From assembly GCA_038087875.1 (NCBI GenBank), contig CM075995.1:6388001-6452000 (forward strand): DNA of 64,000 bases, given 5' to 3'. Positions within the stretch are counted from its first letter, which is position 1. Each line of letters begins with the position of its first letter. Source of the DNA: Malacoraja senta (lineage: Eukaryota). Both the position numbers and the translations under genes were made by a program. Below, one piece after another: positions 24,773 through 38,368 of the stretch. The notes beneath the pieces were generated by a model. It was not told the DNA's origin. It worked only from the letters and a program-made list of their open reading frames with translations, and did no database searches.

Positions 24773-27507
24773 CCTCAGTAATATCTGGAGGAAGATTTTT
24801 ACATTCAACACAAACAATCAAGTGTTAGGCATTGGGGAATGTATTCTTTTAGAAATACAGCGTGGAATCGGGCCCTTCGGCCCGCCAAATCCGTGCTGAC
24901 CAGCAATCATCCTATACACTTGTTCTATCCTACACACAAGTGACAATTTACAGAAGCCAATTAACCTTCTAACCTGTACGTATTTGGAGTGTGGGAGGAA
25001 ACCGGAGCACCCGGAGAAAACCCACAGAGAGAACGGGCAAACTCCGTACAGACAGAACCCGGGTCTCCAGCGCTGTAAAAAAGGCAGCAACTCTACTGCT
25101 GTGCTGCCAGAAGGATCTCAGGATCCCTGATAAACTAATATAGTGTAAAATCATGAATAGATTGGGTGAATGCCCAGTGTAAGAGATTCAAGAACCATTG
25201 GTTTAAAGGGGGGAGGGATTGGGAGACGCTCAGGCTACCTTTAATCGGACTCTATCTTGCACTAAATGTTATTACATTTATCCTGTATCTGTGCACTGTA
25301 AATGGTTCAATTGTCTTCATACAATCGTTTTTCCGCTGACTGGATAACATGCAACAGCTTTTTATTGTACCTCAGTAAATATATGAACTCACAAATCTCT
25401 AGATTGGGATATGTGGAAACTGCCAGTATTACCAGTGAAATTAATAGTTTCACTGAAGTTCCAGTAAAATGAATAATTTCAAAGAAACTCCCCATTTCTG
25501 CTTTATTTGACAGATGTCTCAAACCACATATTTTGAAATATGACTGTATTCGGTTCATGTGGTGGTTTCTATATTGTCACCTGTACCCGGTATAGTGAAA
25601 TACATTTTTTGCCGACAGCTCAGCAAGACAATCCCTGTACATAAGCGCATGGGTTTTGTGAGTGGCCATAAATTCTGTCATAATTTACGTTCTCAAGTTA
25701 TACGAGTACAATTAGGCCATTCAACCCATCGGGCCTACTCCACCATTCAATCATGGCTGATCTCTGCCTCCTAATCCCATTTTCCTGCCTTTTCCCCATA
25801 ACCCTTGACACCTGTTCTAATCTAGAATTTGTATATCTCTGCCTTAAAAATATCCACTGACTCGACCTCCACAGCTCTCTGTGGCAATGAGTTCCACAGA
25901 TAAACTACCCTCTGACTAAAGAAGTTCCTCCTCGCCTACTTTCTAAAAGAGCGCCCTTTAATTCATGTTCATAAATCAAGGAGCAGAATTTGGCCGTTCG
26001 GCGCATCAAGTCTACTACGCCATTCAATCAGCCGATCTATCTTTCCCTCTCAACCCCATTCTCCTGCCTTCTCCCCATAATCCCTGACACCCGTACTAAT
26101 CAACAATCTATATCTCCGCCTTAAATACCCATTGACTTGGCCTCCACAGCCTTCTGTGGCAATGAATTCCACAGATTCACCACCCTCTGACTAAACTTGA
26201 GTGATCGTTCAGTAATGTAGAAATTACAAACTGCCATGATTGCACTAGGGCCAAGGTACAGAATTGTTTCTTGTAAAGTGTGAGTTGCCTATTGTGAAAG
26301 TTGGGGAGTTGTCTGTATGAAGGTGTTTGTTCATTTAGATTATTGTCACGTGCAGCGAAGTGCATTGAAAAGCTTTCGTTGTGTGCTAACCAGTGATCGG
26401 AAAGACAATACATGATTACATTCGAACCATCCAGTGTACAGATACAAGGAAAGAGGCCCTTCGGCCCACCTAGTCCGTGCTGGACAGCGATCTTCCTCAC
26501 TTACACTATCACGCACTACACACTAGGGACAATTTACAATTTTTACCAAAGCTAATTAACCAACAAACCTGTATGTCTTTGGGAGGAAACCAGAGCACTT
26601 GGAGAAACCCCATACAGTAACCCATGCCGCACTTTTCAATTTCTCCAGAGATGCTGCCTGACCCGCTGAGTTAATCCAGCATTTTGTGTGTCGGTTCTTT
26701 TGTCTAGAGAATGGCAAATCTCTGGAATTCATTGCCACAGAAGGCCGTGGAGGCCAATTCAATGCATATTTTTAAGACGGGGATGGATAGATTCTTGATT
26801 AACACGGTGTCGGGGTTATCAGGAAAAGGCATGAGAATGGGTTAGGAGCGAGAGATAGATCATTCGTGATTGAATGGCAGAGTTGACTTGATGGGCTGAA
26901 TGGCCTAATTCTGCTCCTATCACTTATGAACACAAACTTATAGATTCTCTTCATAGATTTGGCTGGAATCTCGACATACTGACAGATTGTCTTCGACTAG
27001 ATAAAGTATACGTTTTCATAGTAGAAAAATAATTTCTCCGTGCCAAATCGTTGCTGCCTTGGTTAAAAAAAATACTGTCATAAGACTGAGAAAGTGAAAA
27101 TGTGAGCAGTTACTGTGATAAATGTGCTGTTTCACTGCTCATAATATAATTATTTTCAAATCTCCCTGATCCTAACTCATGAAAGATCATGCAAGCACAT
27201 TCTGTCACTACAATATCCTGGTGCCCAATTGTGCATATGATGTAAAGTGACGATGTACAGTTGAGATTGCATCAATGGTTCATTTCAGTGTTTTTGAAAC
27301 AACTACATTAAAATTTATCTATTTTTTTTCATTGCTCTCTACGGAGGTTGGTGGCATGAAAGTGCAGCGGTAGAGTTGCTGCCTCACAGCGCCAGAGACC
27401 CGGGTTCCATCTTGACTACGGGTGGGTACTGTCTGTACGGAGTTTGTACGTTCTCCACGTGACCTGCGTGGGTTTTCTCCGGGTGCTCCGGTTTCCTCCC
27501 ACACAGA

Positions 27508-27895
27508 GCAATATGAATATTGACTTCTCTAACTTCAAGTAACCCTTGCTTTCCCTCTCTCTCTCAATCCCTCCCCCATCCTAGTTCTCCGACTAGTTTC
27601 ACTGTTTAAATTTCCGGACTAAATTTTACTGAATTGTATGCTTCGTTGTCACCTTCCCCTCAGCCAACAATGAACCATTGTACATTTTCCTTGATCACCG
27701 TCCCCTTTGATCTCTCGTTTTCACACCTTACCCTTTCACATCTTTATGTCTCCCTCTCCCCTGACTGTCAGTCTGCAGAAGGGTCTCGACCCGAAATGTC
27801 ACCAATTCCTTCTCTCCAGAGATGCTGCCCGTCCCACTGTTACTCCAGTATTTTGTGATTGTCTACGGAGTAAACCACCATCTGCAGTTCCTTGT
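27508..27895 (+). mobile_element. Penelope-like 3' end (second UTR subfamily)
   Basis: Starts MNIDFSNFK* (atgaatattgacttctctaacttcaagtaa), then pyrimidine-rich UTR, decayed hammerhead at ~27773 and terminus. Confidence 0.85.
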
Positions 27896-27979
27896 GTAAG
27901 AAGGAACCGCAGATGCTGGTTAAAATCCTTAACAATTGTTTGACGTCGCCGAGGTTTTATGGGCTTTGAGGAATCTAAA

Positions 27980-28580
27980 GGCGGCACAGCACGGTTGTGT
28001 GCAGCGGTAGAGCTGCTGTCTCACAGAGCCGGAGACCCGGGATCGATCCTGACTACGGGCGCTGTCTATACGGAGTTTGTACGTTATCCTCGTGACCTGC
28101 GTGGGTTTTCTCCGGATTCCACCCAAACCTGTAGGTTTGTAGGTTAATTGGCTTTGGTAAAATTGTAAATTGTCCCGAGTAGTATTAATGTGTTAATGTA
28201 CAGAGATTGCTGGTCGGCGTGGACTCGGTGGGTTGAAGGGCCTGTTTCCGAGTTGTAATTCTAAACTAAACTTATTTTTCTCGATTGGTATCTTTAGTTT
28301 AGTTTTAGAGATACAGTGTGGAAACGGGCCTTTCGGCCCACCGGGTCCGTGCCGAACAGCGATCCTCGCACATTAACACTAACCTACACACACTAGGGAC
28401 AATTTACATTTATACCAAGCCAATTAGCCTTCAAACCTGCACATCTTTGTATGCAGTGTGGGAGGAACCGAATATCTTGAAGAAAACCCACGCAGGTCAC
28501 AGGGAGAACATACAAACTCCGTACAGACAGCACCCGTGGTCGGGATCAAACCCGTGTCTTTGGCGCTGTAAGGCAGTAGC
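27980..28580. mobile_element. Tail-to-tail V-SINE pair (+ ~27980-28272, - ~28293-28580)
   Basis: Two near-complete copies in inverted orientation about 20 nt apart. Confidence 0.85.
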
Positions 28581-29133
28581 TGATGTGTTGGGATCGTTGG
28601 TCGTCACGCTCTCGGTGGGCAGAAGGGTCTGGTGACCGAGCTGTATTTCCAAAACTAAAGGGGAACTGGGGGCTCTGCTGTACGATCCTGCCTTACTGTT
28701 GTGGAGGGAGGTGCATGTTGTCGTATGCCTCTCCTTGTTCCCATGCTCTGCTGGCCACAGGTTGCCTGGGAACTGCATCTTCCCTCGTGTGAAGCATTTT
28801 TTTCTCTCCCCGCAGCTCATTTTATCTAAATTGCAGAACTTTTGGCACCCTTTCCCTTTCAACTTGTGACTAAACTAGGACTTCCTGATCGAGCAAGGAA
28901 CTTTCTGTGTAATGTCTCTCGTTCCCAGGCTGTTTCCTAAAACTAGTTTCAAGATCTCAGACTCTGGGGAAGTTTGCAACCATGGCAATTGTCTGCATAT
29001 ATTAGACTTTAGAGATACAGCTCAGAAACAGGCCCTTCGGCCCATCTTGCCCATGCTGACCAAGATGCTCTGTCTATACTATATAGACCAATGGCAATTG
29101 CTCGTTAAATTGACGGTCTCTCTGTGCTCAGAC

Positions 29134-29440
29134 TAGTTTAGTTTAGAGATACAGTGAGATACAGGCCCTTTGGCCCACTGAGTCCGTGTCGACCAGTGAT
29201 CACCCTGTACACCACCACTATTCTACACACCATGGATATTTTACAATTTTACCAATCTCATTAACCTACAAACCTGTACGTCTTTGGAGTGTGGGTGGAA
29301 ACCAGAGCACCCGGAGAAAACCCACGCAGGTCACGTGGAAAACGTACAAACTCCGTACAGACAGCATTCGTAGTCAAGATCGAACTTGGGTCTCTGGCGC
29401 TGTAAGGCAGCAACTCTACCGCTGAGCCACCGTGCCGCCC
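29134..29440 (-). mobile_element. V-SINE, full length
   Basis: Head gggcggcacggtggctcagcggtagagttgctgcc on the minus strand, through to the tail. Confidence 0.9.
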
Positions 29441-29749
29441 CATCTAGACATCTAACTGGTGTAGGTTTGGTTTAGAGATGCACTATGGAAACTGGCCTGT
29501 CAGCCCACAGAGTCTACATTGATCGACCGTTAACATTAGTTCTCAGCTAACTCACTTTCACATCCACTCCCTGCACACCAGGGGACAATTTACGGGTCGG
29601 TATTGAACCCGGATATCTGGCGATGTGAGGCGACAACTCTACCCCTGCGCCGCCCTTGAACCTTGATTGTATTTAGATTATATGGCTATCCATATCGACC
29701 ATGGCCACTTACTACCTGCATCTTAGGCTGTGATTATACTGGCCCCTGG

Positions 29750-30115
29750 TTTAGATTATTATATTCATGTGGACCGAGGTACAGTGGAAAGATTTTATCT
29801 AAACAGATCGGGTAATACTAAATATAAATACAATTGAATCAAACACAAGTACAATAGGTAGAGCAAAGGGGAAGGTACAGAGTGCAGAATATAGTTCTCA
29901 GCATTGTAGCGCATCAGCTCTATAGGCAAAGTCCAATGTGCGCAATGGGGTAGAGGTGAATCGGACAGCACCCTAGCTTATGGAAGGACTATTCAGAAGC
30001 CTAATAACAGAGGGGAAGAAGTTCTTGAGTTCTTGAGTCTTGTGGTGTGCACTTCCAAGCTTCTGTACTTTCTGCTGGACAGGATCGGTGGGTAGAAGGA
30101 ATGTTGGGGGTGGGG
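29750..30115 (-). mobile_element. Rex1/Babar-like 3' end, diverged
   Basis: Minus strand contains KNFFPSVIRLLNSPSIS* and a UTR ending ttccactgtacctcggtccacatg. Confidence 0.7.
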
Positions 30116-30684
30116 ACACATAGTGATTTGTAGATCCATTGATCATGTTTATTTCGAAAATCGATGTAGAGCTACTGCCCTACAACGCCAGAGACCCGGG
30201 TTTGATCCTGACCACGGATGCTGTCTGTATGGAGTTTGTAAATTCTCCCTGTGACCGCATGAATTTTTCTCCCACACTCCAAAGACGTACAGGTTTGTAG
30301 GCTAATTGGCTTTGGTAAAATTATACATTTTCCCTAGTGTGTGTAGGATAGTGTTACTGTATGGGGATCGCTGGACGGCGCAGAATCAGTGGGCCGAAGG
30401 ACCTGTTTCCGTGCTGTATCGCTAAATTAAACTAAACAAATGGCTTTTGTCTGAAGAAAGGTCTCGACCCAAAACGTCGCCAGTCTCTCCAGCATCTGCA
30501 GTTCTTTCTTAAACAAATGTCTTTTCTTCCTGTTTTTTCCTCCTCATCTCCTGCCCCCCCCCCCCCCCGCCTTCCTTCAATGTCCCCAAAGCCCCGTGTC
30601 AATGACTGAAACAGGCGGCTTTGCCGTTTTGAAATAAAGCTCATAATCTGGAAAATATGAGCAGAAAATCTGTCAGGGCAACTT

Positions 30685-30890
30685 GAGAATTTGAATTCCA
30701 TTTATTGGGGAGAATCTAAACCTGGGGATAAACTGGAATTGTCGGTAATAAAGTAGCCATGAACTGTCGGGTTGTTGTAAAGACACAATGCTTCACTAAT
30801 GTCCTTTTTAGAAGATGCAAAGCGTATCTCCGCTCTGACTCTGATTCTTTCCTGTACTGTCGTTAACTCTCAAGTACCCTCTCTAATGTG
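30685..30890 (+). mobile_element. Old, diverged SINE fragment (MetaSINE-like)
   Basis: ccatgaactgtcgggttgttgtaaagacacaatgcttcactaatgtccttt resembles, from memory, an old elasmobranch SINE core; probable 3' piece at ~31366-31420. Confidence 0.45.
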
Positions 30891-31542
30891 TCGGAAGAAA
30901 CTGCAGATGCCGGTTTACACCGAAGATGGACACAAAATGCTGGAGTAACTCAGCGGGACAGAAGGCATCTCTGGAGAGAAGGAATAGGTGATGTTTCGGA
31001 TTGAGACCCTTCTTCAGATCCGAAACGCCACCTTTTTGTTTCCAGAGATTAAACAGAGGCCCTGGGTAATGTGTAGGAAGGAACTGCAGTATTAGTTAGT
31101 TAAAGGTAGATACAAAATGTTGGAGTAACTCAGCGGGACAGGCAGCATCTCTGGAGAAGAAAAATGGCGGCAGGCGGGCGCAGCGGTAGAGTTGCTGCCT
31201 CACAGCGCCAGAGACCCGGGTTTGATCCTGACCAAGGTTGCTGTCTGAACGGAGTTTGTTCGTTCTCCCCGTGGGTTTTCTCCGGGTGCTCCGATGGGTC
31301 ATCATTCCTTCTCTCTCAAGAGATGCTGCCTGTCCCGCTGAGTTACTCCAGCGTCTTGTGTCTACCCTCACTGATAGGCAATTACGCAAGAGTCATTAAT
31401 GCAAGCCTTTCCAACAACACCTGGTTAGATCCCGACTACGGCTGCTGTCCTTACAAAGTCAGTATGTTCTCCCCATGACCTGCGTGGGTTTTCTCCGGGT
31501 ACTCCTGTTTCCTCTCACAATCCAAAGATGTGCAGGTTTGTA

Positions 31543-32293
31543 CATAGAAACATAGATAATAGGTGCAGGAATAGGCCATTCGGCGCTTTGAGCCAGCACC
31601 GCCATTTAATGATCATGGTTGATCATCAAAAATCAGTACTCCGTTCTGGCTTTTTCCCCATATCCCTTGATTCCCTTAGTCCTAAGAGCTAAATCTAACA
31701 CTTGAAAACATCCAGTGAATTGGCCTCCACTGCCTTCAGTGGCAGAGAATTCCATAGATTCACAACTCTCTGGGTGAAAAAGTTTTTCCTCATCTCAGCC
31801 CTAAATGGCCTACCCCTTATTCTTAAACTGTGACCCCCTGGTTTTGGACTCCCCCAAAATCGGGAACATTTTTCCTGCATTTAGCCTGTTCAACCCACTA
31901 AGAATTTTATGTTTCTATAAGATCCCCTCTAATCCTTCTAAATTCCAGCGAATCCAAGCCCAGTTGACCCATTCTTTCATCATATGTCAGACCCGCCATC
32001 CCGGGAATTAACCTGATGAACCTACGCTGCATTCCCTCAATAGCAATAATGTCCTTCCTCAAAATAGGAGACCAAAATGGCACACAATACTCCAGGTGCA
32101 GTCTCACCAGGGCCCTGTACAACTGCAGTAGGGCCTCCTTGCTCCTAAACTCAAATTCTCTCGCAATGAAGGCCAACTTGCCATTAACTTTCTTCACTGC
32201 CTGATGTACCTGCATGCTTACTTTCAGTGACTGATGTACAAGCACACCCAGGTCTCGTTGCACCCCTTTTCCTAATCTGACACCATTCAGATT
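31543..32293 (-). mobile_element. CR1/HER1 LINE 3' part
   Basis: ORF 31907..32341: QRDLGVLVHQSLKVSMQVHQAVKK..LYRALVRLHLEYCVPFWSP..; 3' tail ttctatgt. Confidence 0.92.
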
Positions 32294-32295
32294 AT

Positions 32296-32482
32296 GTGTA
32301 GCAAAGAACTGCGGATGCTGGTTTAAATCGAAGGTAAACACAAAATGCTGGAGTGACTCAGCGGGACAGGCAACATCTCTGGAGAGAAGGAATGGGTGAC
32401 GTTTTGGGTCAAAACCCTTCTTCAGACTCTCTGGAGAGAAGGAATGGGCAATGTTTCCAGTCGAGACCCTTCTTCAGACCGC
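32296..32482 (-). mobile_element. Penelope-like terminus with tandem duplication of the hammerhead-containing ~52-nt unit
   Basis: ctctggagagaaggaatggg...cccttcttcagac occurs twice in succession. Confidence 0.8.
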
Positions 32483-32867
32483 AGAATCAACCGAATCAAG
32501 TGTAGCCTCCTCTCCGAAGACTCTCACTTCAAGACTCTTGAGCCAAAGACTTGCACTTCCCAACAGGCCGTTCCCCTAGACCTGAACTTAATTTTATCTA
32601 ATCAAGTCAACCATCCACAAAACTAATTAGGATGTCTCAGCCAATCCACTCACTCGCTGGTCTGTCTGCTGCTCTTCTGCGACCTTCAAGGTAATTGCCC
32701 CGGGCTGACTCGTAGGTTAATTGGCTTCTGTCAATTATAAATTGTCCCTAGCGTGTAGAATGGTGCTGGTGTATGGGATGAGCGTTGGTTGATGTGGGCC
32801 GAAATACCTGTTTCCACGTTGTATCTCTAAACTAAACTACTTTGAGCACCAAGTGACTGTCAATTCA

Positions 32868-33385
32868 CTTTAGTTTAGTTTATTGTCACGTGTACCGAAG
32901 TACAGTGAAAAGCTTTTGTTACGTGCTATCCAGTCAGCGGAGAGACTATACATGATTATAATCGAGCCATTTACAGTGTACAGATACATGATAAAGTGAA
33001 TAACGGTTAATGCAAGATACAGCCAGTAAAGTCCAATCAAAGATAGCCCAAGGGTCTCCGATGAGGTAGATAGTAGCTCTCAAGGTGTTGGTAGGATGGT
33101 TCAGTTGACTGATAACTGCTGGGAAGAAATTGTCCCTGAATCTGGAGGTGTGCGTTTTCACACTTTTGCCTGATGGGAAAGGGGAGAAGAGGGAGTGGCC
33201 AGGGTGCGACTCGTCCTTGATTATGCTGCTGGCCTTGCCGAGGCAGCGTGAGGTATAAATGGAAGATAGGTTAGTTTGTGCGATGGTCTGGGCTGCTGCG
33301 CCCACAATTCTCTGCAATTTCTTGTGGTCTTGGACGGGCTGTTCCCAAACCAAGCTGTGATGCATCCTGATAAAATGCTTTCAAC
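32868..33385 (-). mobile_element. Rex1/Babar LINE 3' end
   Basis: VESILSGCITAWFGN and SIYTSRCLGKASSIIKDESHPGHSLFSP..RFRDNFFPAVI; tail gtgacaataaactaaactaaa. Confidence 0.9.
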
Positions 33386-33711
33386 AAGCAACTGGTATTG
33401 TGTCTCTCGTGATTTACACCAAAGGAACTTTAGATCCTTCCTTCCACAACCCCCCCAGCTCCCACGAAGCCAGTAGCGTCTGGCTTTGCTCCTCCCAGGA
33501 GTGCTTAGTTGTATGGTTTTGTTTGAAAGTCCTAATTTGCGGCTTTGTTTCTGTTTGAGTGTTTCCTGTCTCAAAAGTGATTTGAATTACTTTCCTTGTC
33601 CTCAAACAAAGCAGCAATTTTGCCCGTGAAGAATGAGGCATGAGAGAATATCCGCCTACAATACTTGTGCTATTGTTGAAACCGAGCTAACTGCTGTGCT
33701 TTCTATTCCTG

Positions 33712-34365
33712 TTCAGTTTAGTTTATTGTCACGTGTACCGAGGTACAGTGAAAAGCTTTTGTTGCGTGCTAACCAGTCAGCGGAAAGACAATACATGATT
33801 ACAATCTAGCTATTTACAGTGTACAGATACATGATAAGGGAATAACGTTTAGTGCAAGGTAAAGTCCAATTAATGATAGTCTGAGGGTCACCAATGAGGT
33901 AGATAGTAGTTCAGGACTGCTCTCTGGTTGTGGTAGGATGGTTCAGTTGCCTGATAACAGCTGGGAAGAAACTGTCCCCAAATCTGGAGCTGTGCGTTTT
34001 CACACTTCTATACCTTTTGCCTGATGGGAGAGGGGAGAAGAGGGAGTGGCCAGGGTGTGACTGGTCCTTGATTATGCTGCTGGCCTTGCCGAGGCAGCGT
34101 GAGGTGTAGATGGAGTCAATGGAAGGGTGGTTGGTTTGTGTGTTGGTCTGGGCTGTGTGCACCTGTAGAAGTTGGTGAGAATTGTTGAGGACATGCTGAA
34201 CTTCCTAGGTCTTCTAAGGAAATAGAGGTGTTGGGGTGCTTTCTTGGTCGTTGCTTCATCATGGGTGGTCTGAGAAGTTGATGACTGACTCCTAGAAATT
34301 TGACGTTTTCAACCATCTCTACAACTGCACCATCAAATGCAAACTGGGGTATGCGTAGGGTTAGT
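33712..34365 (-). mobile_element. Rex1/Babar LINE 3' end with internal deletions
   Basis: DGAVVEMVENVKFLGV and PSIDSIYTSRCLGKASSIIKDQSHPGHSLFSPLPSGKRYRSVKT..SFFPAVIRQLN. Confidence 0.9.
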
Positions 34366-37300
34366 TCTGATATCATATTAAGTCATCAAAGTTGCAATTA
34401 GACTTGAGAGTGCGGAAACAGGCCCTTTGGCCTACCAAATGATCACCCCGTACATTAGCTCTGCCTTGATCTGGCACGCTTTGTTCTCTCTCTCCCCTCG
34501 TACAGCTTTCTTCTTTCCCCTCGCCCCTCTCCACCACAATGTCTGAAGAAGGGTCCTGACCCGAAACATCATATATATGCTGAGGCACATTTGGTGGAGG
34601 GGGGGGGGGGGATATTGGGGAAAGGAAGGGTTATCACCCCAGGGGGCCATATGAATGGCAAGGGTGCATGGTGTTATGATAGTTTAGTGAACGCTGCCAA
34701 ATACAGCGCTAATGAATGTATGTGTAGCCGCTGAGAATTGTTCTGCACTGTTCTAGTTTCGTTCAGAGATACAGCATGGAAACAGGCCCTTTGGCCCACC
34801 AAGTCCGTGCGGACCAGTGATCACCCTGTAGATGGTCATGGAATGATACTGTGTGGAAATGGGCCCTTTGGCACAACTTCACCTCGATTCGCCCACTCTA
34901 GGCAAGAGACTCTGTACTAGCATTATCCTACACACTAGGGACAATTTTTACCGAAGCCAATTTACCTACAAACCTGCACGCCTTTAGAGTGGGAGGAAAC
35001 CTGAGCACCAGGAGAAAATCTACGAGGTCACGGGGAGAACGTACAAACTCCATACAGACAGCACCCGTAGTTGGGATCGGACCCGGTTCTCTGGCGCTGT
35101 AAGGCTTCCTGATCACTGGATGTTCATATGTTGTTGGTGTGAGGTCTCTGCTCTACCGCTATTTCAGGTTTGTAGATCAACAGAGAAATTGGGTGCATTT
35201 TCTCTTCAGAGTTACGCTTGTACCTGGTCTGTGTTTAAAAAGAAAATCATCTTACCGATGGCTGACATTTGAAATCCAACAGGAATTTTGTTTGATCCTG
35301 AGCATAATTCTTTTAATTATGTTATAGGCATGTAGCTCCAAACTCCCTGCTGCATTTCTAATCTATTTAAATCCCGTAAGTACCATGGCAGGAACTGTCA
35401 AATTAAATGCATTATTGCATTTGGCGTAAGGACACACCTACCCGATATTTAAAGAGCATTTGCGGACTAGATTTGAGCGGGGGGTAGGGTGCGGGCGGCA
35501 GGGAGCTGTTTCCAAGATAAGGTGAACACATGCCAAAGTAATCGTGATCGATCCCAGGTCTCAGGGGCTGTGAGGCAGTAGCTCTACCATTGCGCCACCA
35601 TGCTGCCCTTTGTTTCAGATGTGCATCCAAACGCGGAGAAAATGGGTGCGTTTTCTCTGCCACGGGGCGGCATGGTGGCGCATCAGTAGAGTTGCTTGTC
35701 TGTTAGGAGTTTGTACCTTCTCCCCGTGACCTGCGTGGGTTTGCTCCAGGGAGCTCCAGTTTCCTCCCATACTCCAAAGACGTACAGTTTTGTAGGTTAA
35801 TTGGCTTCGGTAAAAATGGTAAAATGTCCCTAGAGTGTGTAGGATAATGTTAATGATAATGGGGTGATCGCTGGTCGACACGGTGGGCCGAAGGGCCTGT
35901 TTCCGCGCTGTCTCTCTAAACGAAACTAGTTCCCTTGTGAAGAAGGGCCTCGACCTGAAACATCACCTATTCCTTTTCTCTGGAGACACCGCCTGTCCCG
36001 CTGAGTTACTCCGGCTTTTTGTGTCTATCTTCCCTTTTTAAAATATAGATATAAAATGCTGGAGTAATAGCAGGACAGGCTGCATCTCTGGAGAGAAGGA
36101 ATGGGTGACATTCCGAGTCGAGACTCTTCTTCAGACTGAAGATACTTTTAAAGATACTGTTTGATAGTAATTATTGCATGTTTTGAGGCAAGGCCACTTG
36201 TAATGCAGTATCTGAAGCTGATTCCAATATACCTGTTGCATTAATAAAAGTTGGATTTTACGGCCCTGCTCGCCTACCAGCTCCACCTGGATGTAATCCC
36301 ACCTCTTACATTATTTGATTAGTCGATGATGGCAATGCTGCTGAAAAGCTGACAAATCCCTGCCGTGCTGCTGCAGATTAAATATCTGACAGGCTTTGAA
36401 AGCCATGTATTATTTACCCAAATATGTGTCTGTTTGATCAGTTACAGTTTAATTTATTGTCACGTGTACCGAGGTACATTGAAAAGTTTTTGTGTGCTGA
36501 CCAGTCAGTGGAAAGACAATACATGATTACAATTGAGCCGTCCACAGTGTACAGATGCATGATAAGGGGAATAATGTTTAGTACAAGATGAAGTCCAGTA
36601 AATTCTGATTCCTTGTAGCTCGGAACTGCTCTCCATTTCTTGGTAGAGTGTGTTCACTGACATGATTTGGCTAGGTCTCTAACAGTGGCGGTAGTTAAAG
36701 ATCGACAGTCAACAACAGAATTTAGTATTAGAGTCACACAGTGCGGAAAAAGGCCCTTCCGTCCAACTTGCTAACGCCGATCAACATGCCCCATCTACAC
36801 TAGTCCTGCCTACCTTTGGCCCATATCCCTCTCAACCTATCCTATCGGTAATTTACACTATCCTATTGGCACCTGTCAAAATGTTTTTAAAATGTTATGA
36901 TAGTACCTACCTCTCCTACCTCCTCTGACACTTTGTTCCATATCCGTATCCCTACCACCCTTTATGTATATATTTTTTAAGTTCATTAGTTGTATGAGCA
37001 GAATTAGGCCATTTGGTCCATCAAGTCTACTCCGCCATTCAATTATGGCTGATCTATCTTCCCCTCTCAACCCCATTGTCCTGCCTTCTCCACATAACCC
37101 CTGACACCCGTACTAATCCAGAATCTATCGGTCTCCACCTTAAAAATATCCATTGACTTGCCCTCCACAGCCGTCTGAAGTTGCACCTCGGGTTCCTAAT
37201 CATTATTTTCTCCCCTCTCGCCTTGAACCTATGTCCTCTGGTTCTTGATTCCCGTACTCTGGGTAAAAGACTCTGTGCATGTAGAGTACTCTCAAAACAA

Positions 37301-37675
37301 TTGAGACCTAGCCAAAAAAATGTCTTTTGGGCAGATTGCCAATATCTTGATTTAACAGCATTATCTTCAAAACAGAAAGGGAGATGGAGAGGCTTAGGGA
37401 AGGAATTTTCGAGCTTAGGGGTTTGGGAGGTGAGACCCAAGCTGTGCTGATCAAAAGTTTGTGCAAAGTCTCGTGAATAGAGAAAGACGCAAAATGCTGG
37501 AGTAACTCAGCGCAGATAAGCAGCATCACTGGAGAGAAGGAATGGGTGACGTTTTGGGTTGAAACCCTTCTTTAGATCGTTCTTCTCGAGAATAGAGAGC
37601 AGATTGTCAGAGGGTGGTGGGTGTATGGAATGAGTTCCCAGAGGAGGTAGTTGAGGCAGGTGGTTTAAAATAAGA

Positions 37676-38015
37676 TAAGGCCAGCAGCATGATGAAGGAC
37701 GAGTCTTACCCCGGTCACTCCCTCTTCTCCCGCTCCCATTGGGCAAAAGTGTGAAAATGCACACCTCCAGATTGAGGGACAGTTTTTTCCCCAGCTGTTA
37801 TCAGGCAACTGAACCATCCTACCAACAGTTTGAGAGCAGTCCTGAGCTGCCATCTACCTCATTGGACACCCTCGGACTATCTTTAATCGGACTTTACTGG
37901 AAGTAAATATTATTTCCCTTGTGTATCAGTACATTGTAACCGTCTGTTGTCTTTCCGCTGACTGGTTAGTACACAACAAAAGCTTTTTCACTGTGACAAT
38001 AAACGAAACTAAACT
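37676..38015 (+). mobile_element. Rex1/Babar LINE 3' end
   Basis: aaggccagcagcatgatgaaggacgagtc... through to gtgacaataaacgaaactaaac. Confidence 0.85.
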
Positions 38016-38368
38016 GCTGAGGACCAACTGCTCTGCATCCGAAGGAGTGAGTTCGGAGGACGGGGGAAAGAAGACGGTGATGAAAACACAAAAGAGGTGA
38101 GGGCTGGGGTGGGAGGGAAGAGCCCCAACCTGAAATGTCACTAAGCCATGGTCTCCAGAGATGTTGCCTGACCCCCTAAGTTACTCCAACATTTTGTGTC
38201 CTTTTTAGTTGTGGCAAGTACTCTTAACACCGATTGAAAAACTCTTGGGCAGGTACATGGATGGGAAAGGTTTAGAGGGATATATGGGCCAAACGGGACC
38301 AGCTTAGATGGGACATCTTGGTTGCATGGACAAGTTGGCTGATGGGACTAGTTTCCATGCTGTAGTTG

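Noticed and set aside
29385..29440. tRNA genes
   Set aside because: A/B-box heads run straight into the V-domain; they are SINE heads without a full acceptor stem.
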